Shown: positions 9,114 through 19,257 of the stretch, in pieces
How the letters are laid out: the number at the start of each line of letters is the position of its first letter
Numbering within the stretch: the stretch's first letter is position 1
Source: a bacterium
Lineage (GTDB): Bacteria > Electryoneota > Electryoneia > Electryoneales > Electryoneaceae
Length of the DNA stretch: 64,000 nt
Assembly: GCA_963669175.1 (NCBI GenBank)
Contig: OY769902.1
Location: 352,001 to 416,000 of the forward strand
Direction of reading: 5' to 3'
Translations under genes and position numbers: made by a program
Notes under the pieces: model-generated
Seen by the model: only the letters and a program-made list of their open reading frames with translations
Databases searched by the model: none
Told to the model about the DNA's origin: nothing

Positions 9114-10376
9114 TTACAGCATCGGGGGCAACCCGGGAGTGGGCTCTTCATAAAAGGAAGCCAGATCGGGACGAGCATTGGCATGTGGCGCCAGTCGAAC
9201 ACCAAGCCCAGTGACACCCGGCAGGTGGAGTGGTTTTTCACCAGGCAGCCCCATGTAGCGTGCAATGATCGGTTCAGCATAGTGAACAGGTTCCGGAGTG
9301 GTAAGCTCGCCGTCAGCAGCGCTCTCGATACCGGTAGTATTATCCTGATCTATCGAAAACAACGGATCACAGGACTCATGCAGTTGCTGGCGAATAAAGC
9401 CCTGGTCTGTTACTGTACCGTGAATCTCATCCTGCCGCCATGCCGCCTGCAACAGACGCAATCTTCGTCCTCGCCCCTGGTGAACACGCTTATACCACCG
9501 TCCACAATACTGGACAGATAACCCCGGTGCAGACTGTACCGCCTCCGCCAAAAGGCGCAGAGCTGCCATTTCTGATTCCCAGACCGCCATTTCAGGCTGA
9601 TGAAGGAAGGTGTACGGACGATCCAGGAAACGCTCGAGGTTATTGTTATTCACCGTGAGTTGATGAAGATGAACATGATCAACCCCTATATCCAGCAGTT
9701 GTGGAAGCAGGGCCGCTACGGTCAGTTCATCTTCCGGGATCGCCGGTATCTCGACAGTGACTTTCCAATCATGTTTCCGAGCTCGCAATAAAGGTTTCAG
9801 GCTATAGCGAATCGCACTGATATCAAACCTGATTTCATTCAGTCCCGTATCGGCCAGCGTTGCCAGGCGATAATCCGTGGCCAGAGCCCCGTTGGTGTAC
9901 ATCCACAGGTAGAAGGAATCGCCAAAACGATGGCGAATCGCATGTGTGAATTCTTTGACACGTTCCAAATTCAGCAATGGCTCGCCGCCACTGAAACCGA
10001 CCGCATTGAATCCCGCTTGTGACAGGAACTCCAAGTATGCTTCCGGGACAGGAAATTCAATGCCTAATGCCGTTGGTGGTGGGTCCAGCCGTTGAGTTGC
10101 CTCCATGGGGCAATAGAAACAATCCAGGTTGCACTTCTGGTTGATGAACAAGCAGGACCAGGTGCCCTTACCGCAAGCCTGACAACCGGGGGATAGTGTT
10201 CCGATATAGGGTTTGGTGCCGTTAAAGGCATACTTGACCATGCCTTCCAGCATAGCCAACAAGGTATCACGCTCTGCGTTGACCCGGACGATATCGTTTT
10301 CGTCGAGCCAGTTCACCTTGAAATATGACCAGCCCAGCTCCTGTTGGACACGGTCAACAGCGAATTCTCTATCCAC
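9114..10376 (-). CDS. Radical SAM protein (uncharacterised PFL-activase-related, COG2108-like)
   Basis: CNLDCFYC motif, upstream PGCQAC, SGGEPLL, YTNG, EIRFD, VEIPAIP. Confidence 0.85.
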   Translation of the reverse strand: MDREFAVDRVQQELGWSYFKVNWLDENDIVRVNAERDTLLAMLEGMVKYAFNGTKPYIGTLSPGCQACGKGTWSCLFINQKCNLDCFYCPMEATQRLDPPPTALGIEFPVPEAYLEFLSQAGFNAVGFSGGEPLLNLERVKEFTHAIRHRFGDSFYLWMYTNGALATDYRLATLADTGLNEIRFDISAIRYSLKPLLRARKHDWKVTVEIPAIPEDELTVAALLPQLLDIGVDHVHLHQLTVNNNNLERFLDRPYTFLHQPEMAVWESEMAALRLLAEAVQSAPGLSVQYCGRWYKRVHQGRGRRLRLLQAAWRQDEIHGTVTDQGFIRQQLHESCDPLFSIDQDNTTGIESAADGELTTPEPVHYAEPIIARYMGLPGEKPLHLPGVTGLGVRLAPHANARPDLASFYEEPTPGLPPML

Positions 10377-10685
10377 TGCTGTAAAGCCACTCCTGACCTG
10401 ATGGATTACAATGAAGGATTAGCCGCAACACTATGTGAACTATGAGTTCAGCGCAAATATAAGTCAAATACGTCAACTCAGTATCCCTTGAATGATGCAC
10501 GTGCTCTTTTGCCTTCCAGAGAGACCACAGGGAACAAGCTGAAAGCGATACACTTACAACAATCAATTGAATCTCTGGAGCTTAATTTTCAATCAGTTCG
10601 CCTTACCGTCCCGTGAGCACTTGCTCAAATGGTTTTTATGAGCCCATATTCAAGTTTCCTTCAGGTTTTGAACGGAGTGTGAATC

Positions 10686-13600
10686 GTGAGTCTGATTTCA
10701 GCAGACAATAGCAGCCCTTCGGACGGCACTCGCATCCATCGTTGGATCACCGTCGGAGTGTTTGTTATCGCCCTTATCATGTATGTGGCCTCAATGGCGC
10801 CAACCACGTCATTCTGGGATTGCGGTGAATTTATCGCCTGTTCGTATTCCCTGGGCGTGCCTCACCCCCCTGGCGCACCTTTCTTCCTGATGTTAGGACG
10901 TGTCTTTTCGATGCTGCCGTTCCATTCTGACATCGGATTCCGTGTCAACTTCATCAGTGTGCTCGTCAGTGCGTTGACTGTTATGTTCACGTACCTGACC
11001 ATCGTACGACTGGTGCGGAATTGGCGCGGCAAAGAGGAATCGGTCACTGATCAGGTCGTGCTTTACGGGTCCGGTGTCGTTGGCGCATTGGGATTCGCGT
11101 TTTCGCACAGTTTCTGGTTCAATGCTGTTGAAGCAGAAGTCTACGCTATCAGTATGTTTTTCACCGCGCTGGTTGTCTGGCTTGCGGTGAGATGGATGGA
11201 TCATGCGGAAAGACCCGATTCCACGAAGTATCTCCTGTTAATTTGCTATTTTGTGGGTGTGGCAACTGGCATCCACTTGTTGAACGTGCTGGCGTTGAGC
11301 CCAATAGTTTTGCTCATTTATTTCAAGAAATACAAGTTTAGCTGGCTGGGATTCGGCATTGCAGTTGTTCTTTCCGCTATTGCTATCCTGATAGTATATC
11401 CTGGTGTAGTCGCTGGTGTGCCCTATCTGCTTGAGATGGGTCCGTTCTGGCTCCTGCTGGTCGTTCTACTGGGTGTCGGAGTGTTATTCATTTCCATCCG
11501 CTCACGCATGTCGGTGGTGTCGCTGGTAACTGCAAGCATATTGCTGATCCTGATTGGTTATTCCAGTTACACCATGATTTATATCCGTTCCAACCTGAAA
11601 CCGGTCATCAACGAAAACCAGCCGGACACCATTCAACGGTTAATCAGCTATCTCAATCGCGAACAGTACGGCACCGCAGGTCCGGCTGAGATACAACCGC
11701 TGTCGCGTGAATACGAAGACTATCTCCGCGCCCAGGCTCGTGGCGCTCAGAACAAGTATTCGCAATTGATGACGCAAGCAAGATCTTTTGCCAAACAGGG
11801 ACGGTATGACCAGGCCGCTGCAAAAGAAAATGAAGCAGCAGCTTCCTATATGGCGACGCCGCGCATCATCCGTTTGAGCGCTAAAAATGTGTTGAGACTG
11901 AACCTGCTAGAACGTGCAGCTCCGTTCTGGAGTTACCAGATCAACAAGATGTACATCCGCTATATCAAATGGCAGTATTGGACCGGCGAACCTGATCTGG
12001 ACGGGTCAACAACCATCCTGTTGTTCCCGATGATCTTTGCCTTTATCGGCGCTTACTGGCATTTCCGGCGCGATCCCAAACGTGCGATCGTAATCCTGAT
12101 GCTGTTCCTCATGACCGGTCTTGCTATTGTGTTCTACCTGAACCAGCCGGACCCGCAACCTCGCGAACGTGATTACGCATACGTAGGCTCTTTCTGGGCC
12201 ATGGCGCTCTGGATCGGGATGGGTGTTGTAGCGCTTTACGAAGCTATCATTGAAGCCATCAAAAAGCCAAGTGGCCAGCAAAAGAAGATGATCGCCATTG
12301 CCACTATCGCTTTTGCCATCCTGGTTGTCCCGATCAGCATGGGCGCGCAGGGTTACCACACCCATGACCGTAGCGGCAATTTTGTGGCATGGGATTATTC
12401 CCACAATATGCTGGAAACCTGCGAACCGAACGGTATCATTTTCACCAACGGCGACAACGATACCTTCCCGCTCTGGTACTTGCAGGTGGTCGAAGGAATT
12501 CGTACCGACGTGCGTGTGGTGAACCTCAGTCTTCTGAATACGGACTGGTACATCAAACAGCTCCGTGACGAAGAGCCGAAGGTGCCGATTTCGCTTACGG
12601 ATGATTTCATTGATAATGTTCTGACTTCAATGACCCGTTCAACTGCGAAATTCCGCTATCTTCCTACGGGCAAGAAACACATGGAAGTGCCCACGCCTGA
12701 TGGAGGCTCGATTGAGTGGGATGCCCCGGCCACCATGTACGTGCCCTGGTCGGAAGATGACACTCCGGGAAAGAACAACTTCCTGAAGGTGCAGGATGTC
12801 ATGATTCTGCATATCATTCAGCAGAATCGCTGGGAAAAACCGATCTATTTTGCGGTTACCGTCTCCAACACCAACCTGATGGGATTAAGGCCTTACCTGA
12901 CCATGGAAGGGCTGGCTTTCAAGCTGAAAACAGAACGGGTTGGAAGAGTTGCCATCGACGAGAAGAAACTGCGTGAAAACCTGTTCGAGACTTATGCCGG
13001 GAACTACCGGAACCTTGACAACCCGGATGTTTACCTGTTCCCGAACGTCTTGAAATTGCTACAAAACTATCGCAGTGGTTTCCTCCAGTTGGTTTACGAA
13101 TATTACAACGACGCCCAGATGCGTCCAGGTGTCACCAGTAGCGGCATTCCTGAAGAAAACTGGGGTGAGAAGTTTGAGGATCTGACTTCACGCGAAAAGT
13201 CGCTGTATACGCTCAGGTTGATGGATCAATACATCCCTGAAACAACAGTCCCGATGACCAACCGTGAGATCCTGCTGCAACTGGGCCGTCTTTATGCGGA
13301 GTTGGGTGACAAGGAAGCTGCATCGGTCCGGTTCAGGAATGCCATGGAAGTGCCGGGAGTTACGGATTCAGACAACCTTGAAACCGCCCTGTACATGATG
13401 GAATTCACCCCGGAGATTGACCGTGAACGCGCCCGTGCCATCATTGCATCGGAACTCGGCGATAACCCGTCGGTAGAGCAAACGCTGAATGTTGCTTCCA
13501 TCTTTGATCGCGCGAAGATGCATGAAGAGCTGGTTGAGCTCCTTGATGGTATTTCTGATCGCACGGATTTGTCCAACTACCAGAAACAGGAAATCGCAAC

Positions 13601-13820
13601 TTTCTACCTGGGCGCCAAGCAGTATGATAAGGCGCGGGGCATCTACGAAGCGCTTCACCAGGAGAATCCGGCAGACGGTGGCGCTACGGGCGGTTTGTTG
13701 CAGGCTTACCTGGAGATGGGCGACACAACCAACGCGATAGAATTGCTTCAGGACTGGATTGAGATCAATCCACGTGATCGCAGCGCACAAAAACGCCTTG
13801 AAGAGTTGACAGCGAAATAA
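10686..13820 (+). CDS. DUF2723 / TMEM260-like membrane glycosyltransferase with C-terminal TPR-like region
   Basis: SFWDCGEFI, HPPGAPF, AVEAEVY, PRERDYAYVGSF, FTNGDNDTFPLWY, VNLSLLNTDWYI motifs. Confidence 0.9.
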   Translation: MSLISADNSSPSDGTRIHRWITVGVFVIALIMYVASMAPTTSFWDCGEFIACSYSLGVPHPPGAPFFLMLGRVFSMLPFHSDIGFRVNFISVLVSALTVMFTYLTIVRLVRNWRGKEESVTDQVVLYGSGVVGALGFAFSHSFWFNAVEAEVYAISMFFTALVVWLAVRWMDHAERPDSTKYLLLICYFVGVATGIHLLNVLALSPIVLLIYFKKYKFSWLGFGIAVVLSAIAILIVYPGVVAGVPYLLEMGPFWLLLVVLLGVGVLFISIRSRMSVVSLVTASILLILIGYSSYTMIYIRSNLKPVINENQPDTIQRLISYLNREQYGTAGPAEIQPLSREYEDYLRAQARGAQNKYSQLMTQARSFAKQGRYDQAAAKENEAAASYMATPRIIRLSAKNVLRLNLLERAAPFWSYQINKMYIRYIKWQYWTGEPDLDGSTTILLFPMIFAFIGAYWHFRRDPKRAIVILMLFLMTGLAIVFYLNQPDPQPRERDYAYVGSFWAMALWIGMGVVALYEAIIEAIKKPSGQQKKMIAIATIAFAILVVPISMGAQGYHTHDRSGNFVAWDYSHNMLETCEPNGIIFTNGDNDTFPLWYLQVVEGIRTDVRVVNLSLLNTDWYIKQLRDEEPKVPISLTDDFIDNVLTSMTRSTAKFRYLPTGKKHMEVPTPDGGSIEWDAPATMYVPWSEDDTPGKNNFLKVQDVMILHIIQQNRWEKPIYFAVTVSNTNLMGLRPYLTMEGLAFKLKTERVGRVAIDEKKLRENLFETYAGNYRNLDNPDVYLFPNVLKLLQNYRSGFLQLVYEYYNDAQMRPGVTSSGIPEENWGEKFEDLTSREKSLYTLRLMDQYIPETTVPMTNREILLQLGRLYAELGDKEAASVRFRNAMEVPGVTDSDNLETALYMMEFTPEIDRERARAIIASELGDNPSVEQTLNVASIFDRAKMHEELVELLDGISDRTDLSNYQKQEIATFYLGAKQYDKARGIYEALHQENPADGGATGGLLQAYLEMGDTTNAIELLQDWIEINPRDRSAQKRLEELTAK

Positions 13821-13838
13821 ATCGGAGATTCGCAGCAC

Positions 13839-14885
13839 GTGACGCAGAAGAACAACATCCTGGTCTCCATTGTTATTCCGCACCTTCGCGGTACGGAATA
13901 CCTGCTGAACCTGCTTGATGACCTGAAGCAGGAAGCGATGGATGTCGGGCGAGTTGAAGTTTTACTGGTGGATAACGCTTCAACGGATGGTTCTTCTGCC
14001 CTGGCTGGCGAAATGCACCCCTGGATCAAGGTTTTACCTCTGAAGAAAAACCTTGGCTACGCGGGTGGATGCAACCACGGCATTCGTTCTTCCCGTGGGA
14101 AATGGATCTGGCTGATAAACGATGATATCCGCATTAAACCCGGCAGCCTGCGGGCGTGTCTTACTATTGCGGAAAGTGCGCCGGATATCGCTGCTGTGCA
14201 GCCCAAAATCCTTTCCCTGATTGAAGAAGGGAAGTTTGATTACGCTGGCGGCGCCGGTGGCATGATTGACAAGTATGGCTATCCCTTCGCGCTGGGCCGT
14301 ATCGGAGGCGCTTTGGAAACAGACGAAGGGCAATATGACAGCAGCAGGGAGATTTTCTGGGCTTCGGGCACAGCTTGTTTCTGGAAACGAAGCGTGCTGA
14401 AGAAAATCGGCCTGTTGGATGCTTTTTATTTCGCACATATGGAAGAAATTGATTTATCCTGGCGAGCCTGGACAGCGGGATATCGTATTTTATCTGCTCC
14501 AGAGGCAGTTGTTTATCACCTTGGCGGTGGTACATTGGGCTACGAATCGTGGATGAAGATGTACTTGAATCATCGCAATGCTCTCATCACCTTGGCAAAA
14601 AACCGTGACTTTATCTCCCTGTTGGGTTTACTACCCGCTCGGCTCGTTTTGGATCAGGGAATAGGGTTTGTAGAGTTTGTCTCTGGGAGGCCGAAACGCA
14701 TCTTTGCCATCTGGGCCGGATGGCTGGCTTTTCTTCGAGACACACCCCATTGGTTAAGAAGTCGAAAACGCTTACGGATTCAGAAGATTCGCCATACGAG
14801 CGATCTGGATCACATTGTTTATAACGGATGCATCCTGTTAGCCTATGTCAGGGGTGTTCACACAGCGTCAACACTTGCGAAGTGA
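13839..14885 (+). CDS. Glycosyltransferase family 2
   Basis: VDNASTDGS, NLGYAGGCN, EIFWASGTA, FAHMEEIDLSWR, VYHLGGGTL. Confidence 0.9.
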   Translation: MTQKNNILVSIVIPHLRGTEYLLNLLDDLKQEAMDVGRVEVLLVDNASTDGSSALAGEMHPWIKVLPLKKNLGYAGGCNHGIRSSRGKWIWLINDDIRIKPGSLRACLTIAESAPDIAAVQPKILSLIEEGKFDYAGGAGGMIDKYGYPFALGRIGGALETDEGQYDSSREIFWASGTACFWKRSVLKKIGLLDAFYFAHMEEIDLSWRAWTAGYRILSAPEAVVYHLGGGTLGYESWMKMYLNHRNALITLAKNRDFISLLGLLPARLVLDQGIGFVEFVSGRPKRIFAIWAGWLAFLRDTPHWLRSRKRLRIQKIRHTSDLDHIVYNGCILLAYVRGVHTASTLAK

Positions 14886-15037
14886 AGGCTGTGATTGTAC
14901 CTTGCCTAAGTTTCAGGAGGCATGGACGAAACGTGAGAAACCGAGGCATAAACAGCCTGTGCTTCAGGTTTCACGGTGTGGCCGCCGATATCGTTTCGTC
15001 CCCAGGTAACATCAAGGAACCAAGTGGGAGGCCATCC

Positions 15038-15799
15038 ATGTCACGTCGATTCGGGCTACTTGCCGGGATGATGCTAGTACTGTTACTCGTAGGGCAGGTA
15101 GCTGCCCAGGACGTGTCCGTATTTGAAAAGAAAGGCAAAGACCTTCCTCACAAGTACGGAATTCAGCTTACAGGCGGATTTGCCACGTACGGCATGTCGG
15201 ACATGAACGATTTCATCGCCGGCAGCAGCGCAGCAGGATTTTCTGTTGAAGATGAAGCGCAATCAGGCATTGGCTTTGGCATCGCGATTCTGTATCGCAG
15301 CCACGAGCATTTCCGCTGGTCAATTGGTTACAACCATCTCGGTCAGGACAAAGCGTACGCTACATGGACCAACGGCGGCGAGAAGGAAATTCTCGTCAGC
15401 GCTGGCGAATTTACCGTATTGGGCGCTTACCTGTTCCCGATCACTGACTGGTTCGCGCTGAACCTCACAGCCGGTCCGACCATCATCAACGCTGACATCA
15501 GTGTTGCTGACACAGGCGGCCCGGACATCTCCGATATCCATGGCCGTGCGCTTGGTTTCCTCGGCGGTATCGGCGCTGATCTCAACTTGGGTGACACTTG
15601 GGCCATCCATTTCCTCGGTGGCTATCGCGCTGGCAAAATCTCGGACCTGCTTTACACCGACACCAGTGACATCGAGCAAACCTGGTACTGGACAAGTTCC
15701 GGTGGCAATCGTACAGTCGTCGCAGATTATTCCGGCATCTTTGTTGAGCTTGGTCTGCGCATGTATTTCGGCCCAGGTACCAATTGGGTTGAGTTCTAA
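15038..15799 (+). CDS. Outer membrane beta-barrel protein
   Basis: GGGAGG before ATG 15038, signal peptide, amphipathic strands, YSGIFVELGLRMYF near C-terminus. Confidence 0.7.
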   Translation: MSRRFGLLAGMMLVLLLVGQVAAQDVSVFEKKGKDLPHKYGIQLTGGFATYGMSDMNDFIAGSSAAGFSVEDEAQSGIGFGIAILYRSHEHFRWSIGYNHLGQDKAYATWTNGGEKEILVSAGEFTVLGAYLFPITDWFALNLTAGPTIINADISVADTGGPDISDIHGRALGFLGGIGADLNLGDTWAIHFLGGYRAGKISDLLYTDTSDIEQTWYWTSSGGNRTVVADYSGIFVELGLRMYFGPGTNWVEF

Positions 15800-15885
15800 A
15801 TCTCGAAAGAGGTTGGAAGTAATACTTTACTGTGACTGTTTTACGACCTTCCCAGGGTTGAACACTAAAAGTGTGCAAGTTCCCA

Positions 15886-15920
15886 GCCGCTCTCGCTTTG
15901 CGTGAGCGGCATTTTCTTTC
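15886..15920 (+). terminator. Intrinsic terminator
   Basis: GCCGCTCTCGC-TTT-GCGTGAGCGGC followed by ATTTTCTTTC. Confidence 0.6.
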
Positions 15921-15987
15921 TTGAAGATATAACTTGCGGTTATATAGAATCGGAAGCGCTTTCGCATTAACACGTGTTGAGGTGATC

Positions 15988-16995
15988 ATGTTGCGTTATA
16001 CATTGTCTGTTCTGCTTGCGTCTGTGGTTGTGCTGGCAGGATGCTCCTTCGATTTCAAGCCAAACGCGGTTGAAGGGGACACGGAACTGGCTGTCATTAT
16101 CGAAGGCGCCCATACGCAGGAAGCTACACCTCGCCTGCGTGAGGCTCTCGAGCAGATCATCCTTACGCCGCAGGAAGAAACGCAGTTTACCCTGCATTTT
16201 GCCGGGGATGACAGCCTTGCACGTTGGAGCCGCTGGGCAAATGTACTGCTGGTGGGATGCCTCGATTCAGATGATCCCGTTTCACAACGCATACGTGAAA
16301 TGCTCAAGGGAGAAGTATTGGAAGGTGTGCAGGCCGGGCGTTATAGCGTCTTTCGCAGAGAAAACGTCTGGGCGAAAAAGCAGACAGTCGTCTTCCTGGT
16401 GGCGCCGGATAAGGAACAGTTGAAAATCTGGTTGGCCGATAACGGCAGCGAATTGTATTCGATCTTCAATGAGGTGCGTGTTGCTCGAGTCACCAAAGCT
16501 CTCTACGCGCAACCACCGTTAAAAGATCTTTCGGATTCCCTGTTCACAGCTCATGGCTGGTGGCTGGACATCCCGCATGATTACAGTCTTGTGGCTTCCC
16601 ATCAGCATCCCGGTTTTATCCGGTTGGGACGTGAATATCCAGATCGTCTCTTGACGGTAGCCTGGCGGCAGGGTGAGCCGGAAGAAGTGCATCCGGACAC
16701 GCTGTTAAGGTGGCGAAATGAACTGGGGCATTTTTTTGCCGATTCGGTTCGAGTCAACCCTGTCTGGATTCGAACCAGCGATGTCATGATCGGGGATATT
16801 CCTGCTATCCAGGTTCGAGGATTATGGGAAACTTTCGGCAGTTTGGGTGGTGGACCTTTCGTAGCCTACATCCTGCATTCGGAGGGCACCCTGTTCCTGC
16901 TGGACGCCCAGGTTTTCGCTCCGGGAAAGATGAAAGTCCCCTACGTTCGCCAGATGGAGATTATTTTACGCAGTTTCAGAACATCAAAGCCTTGA
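15988..16995 (+). CDS. DUF4837-like lipoprotein
   Basis: Lipobox VLAGC, TPQEE, NVWAKKQ, RGLWE...GGGPFVAY, FAPGKMK motifs; GAGG before ATG 15988. Confidence 0.75.
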   Translation: MLRYTLSVLLASVVVLAGCSFDFKPNAVEGDTELAVIIEGAHTQEATPRLREALEQIILTPQEETQFTLHFAGDDSLARWSRWANVLLVGCLDSDDPVSQRIREMLKGEVLEGVQAGRYSVFRRENVWAKKQTVVFLVAPDKEQLKIWLADNGSELYSIFNEVRVARVTKALYAQPPLKDLSDSLFTAHGWWLDIPHDYSLVASHQHPGFIRLGREYPDRLLTVAWRQGEPEEVHPDTLLRWRNELGHFFADSVRVNPVWIRTSDVMIGDIPAIQVRGLWETFGSLGGGPFVAYILHSEGTLFLLDAQVFAPGKMKVPYVRQMEIILRSFRTSKP

Positions 16996-17131
16996 CATAC
17001 GAATACGGTAACAGGAGTAATCAGGTACTTCTTTCTTTCATTACAGGCATGTGAAAGCAACATTTGATGATTACATTGGATCAACTTGATGACAACAGAA
17101 CCAACACGATGTGGAGTCAGGTAAGGACAAC

Positions 17132-18604
17132 ATGACACAAGAACAGCCAGAAGCAACAAACAGCAGCGAACAGACAAAGAGTTTTCCGGACGCTACTTTT
17201 GATACCCTCCCAGTCAGAATGCAGCAGGCCTGCAATAATGCCGGCTGGGTTCAACTTATGCCGGTTCAGGCGAAGACGATTCCATACGTACTGAACGGCA
17301 AGGATTTGATGGTGCAATCCCGTACCGGTTCCGGTAAAACGGGCGCTTATGTACTACCCTTGCTGGAGCATCTGGACCCGTCACAGAAAGGCTGCCAGGC
17401 CCTGGTGCTGGTGCCCACACGTGAACTTGCACGACAGGTCACGACCCAGGTTGAGCTCCTGGGAAAAGACATTGGAGTTGAAAGCGCTGCTGTATACGGT
17501 GGCGTTGGGTATGGCCCGCAACGTGATGCCTTCAAACGTGGTGTGCCCATTATTGTTGGCACTCCGGGGCGTATTCTGGATCATCTCTTGAAACGATCCC
17601 TCACGCTTGATCAATTGAAGGTTCTTGTCTTTGACGAGGCCGACCGGATGTTGTCCATGGGATTTTTCCCTGACATGAAAGAAATTCAGAAATTCATGCC
17701 CCGGAAACGATTCAGCGTGTACATGTTTTCCGCCACGTTCCCGCCGAGGGTGAAAAGTCTGGCCAGGCTGTTCATGCACGACCCCGATTTCCTCAGCCTG
17801 AGCAGTGACAATATACTCGTGGCTGAAACGGAACATCACGTATACACGGTCCCGGGATTCGAAAAAGACCGGATCCTGGTCCGAATTATCGAGATGGACA
17901 ATCCCGAAGGCGCCCTGATCTTCTGCAATACCAGGGATAAAGTGCATTATGTCGCGACTGTCCTGAAGCGTTTCGGGTATGATGCAGATGAACTCAGCAG
18001 CGATCTAAGCCAGCACCAGCGTGAATTGGTCATGAACCGGATTCAGACAGGCCATCTCCGTTTCCTGGTTGCGACCGATGTCGCGGAACGTGGCATTGAC
18101 ATTCCCGACCTGCCTTATGTAATCCAGTATGAACCCCCGGATGATGCGGAAGTGTATGTCCATCGTGCGGGCCGGACGGGTAGAGCTGGAGCGGCCGGAA
18201 CTGTTGTGACTCTGGTAGCCGACCTCGAGAAGCTGACCATGGGCAAGATCGCACGCAAATTCGGTATCCCGATCCAGGACAAGCTGCCTCCCAGCGAAGA
18301 AGATGTCGCCCGAGTTGTCGCACAGCGTTTGACTGGACGATTGGAAGCAAAAGCGCGTGAACGTGACAACCTGAAGGTGGAACGCATGCAGCGCTTTATT
18401 CCCCTGGCCAATGAATTGATGGAGAGCAACGAAGGACAGGAGCTGGTCGCTATGGTGCTCGATGATATCTACCAGCGCTGGCTTCACATCCCACTCGAGG
18501 CTGAACAGACGCCTCCCGAGAGCGAACCGCAGCAACAACAAAAGCGAAGCAGTATAAAACGTCCCCCGAGGAAACGCAGCAGCTCAACAAGACGAAGAAG
18601 GTGA
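17132..18604 (+). CDS. DEAD-box RNA helicase
   Basis: Q motif, SRTGSGKT, PTRELA, TPGR, DEAD, SAT, YVHRAGRTGR; basic C-terminal tail. Confidence 0.95.
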   Translation: MTQEQPEATNSSEQTKSFPDATFDTLPVRMQQACNNAGWVQLMPVQAKTIPYVLNGKDLMVQSRTGSGKTGAYVLPLLEHLDPSQKGCQALVLVPTRELARQVTTQVELLGKDIGVESAAVYGGVGYGPQRDAFKRGVPIIVGTPGRILDHLLKRSLTLDQLKVLVFDEADRMLSMGFFPDMKEIQKFMPRKRFSVYMFSATFPPRVKSLARLFMHDPDFLSLSSDNILVAETEHHVYTVPGFEKDRILVRIIEMDNPEGALIFCNTRDKVHYVATVLKRFGYDADELSSDLSQHQRELVMNRIQTGHLRFLVATDVAERGIDIPDLPYVIQYEPPDDAEVYVHRAGRTGRAGAAGTVVTLVADLEKLTMGKIARKFGIPIQDKLPPSEEDVARVVAQRLTGRLEAKARERDNLKVERMQRFIPLANELMESNEGQELVAMVLDDIYQRWLHIPLEAEQTPPESEPQQQQKRSSIKRPPRKRSSSTRRRR

Positions 18605-18662
18605 TAAGCGAAAACGAAGAGTTGGATGTTCCTCACAAGAATTTGTGCATCCGGGCAATGTT

Positions 18663-18917
18663 GTGGCAGGTCTTGACGCGACATTCTGTCTTCGGCTTTA
18701 GCTGTGTTTTCCTGAATGTACGATGATACGGAAACCGCCTCTCGCCTTGTTATTGTCGCGTTGTGACCTGCCACCGATATCAGCATTCTCGCAATCGTCA
18801 GGTCACAACACGATGCCTGATGACGAACTATCTTGTAAAATTGCAGGTGTGAAGTCGGACAGGTGTCTGAAATTGCGGTGAAAAACAAGAAAAAGGCATC
18901 GCGTCAAGACCTGACGA
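18663..18917. repeat. Cluster of four alternately oriented ~22-bp REP-like units
   Basis: GTGGCAGGTCTTGACGCGACA 18663-83; TGTCGCGTTGTGACCTGCCAC 18754-74; TCGTCAGGTCACAACACGATGCCT 18795-818; AGGCATCGCGTCAAGACCTGACGA 18894-917. Confidence 0.75.
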
Positions 18918-18923
18918 AACGGG

Positions 18924-19182
18924 CTATCCCGAATATGTCACCAATGCAATCTCAAATGTGGTATTTGATGGGATGGCCAGTACAAGAACCACGACAGTGG
19001 TTCCCTGAATTAGCCCACCGTCCAGCGACGTCTGTTTGGCGCTCACGGTGGGAATAAGATGTACGCTGCTTGCCAACCCCGGCAGCGGGTTGCCTAAATA
19101 TTACCACTGTATGCTTATGATAATTAACAGGTTACTCCTTACGGAGTAATTATATGGTGCGCATTATCTCCCAGGGTAGCCG
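18924..19182 (+). mobile_element. Truncated copy of the MITE-like element (one TIR plus core)
   Basis: CTATCCCGAATATGTCACCA... aligns colinearly with 58287-58544. Confidence 0.7.
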
Positions 19183-19257
19183 ATTCTGATACAGTCTGGC
19201 AGGCGGAGACTTGTGCGCCGAGGCGTATCTACTCCGTTGGCCGCACCACCTTATGGG

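Noticed and set aside
14828-15037. 70-aa N-terminal extension of the beta-barrel ORF
   Set aside because: It overlaps the GT2 gene; RBS and signal peptide point to ATG 15038
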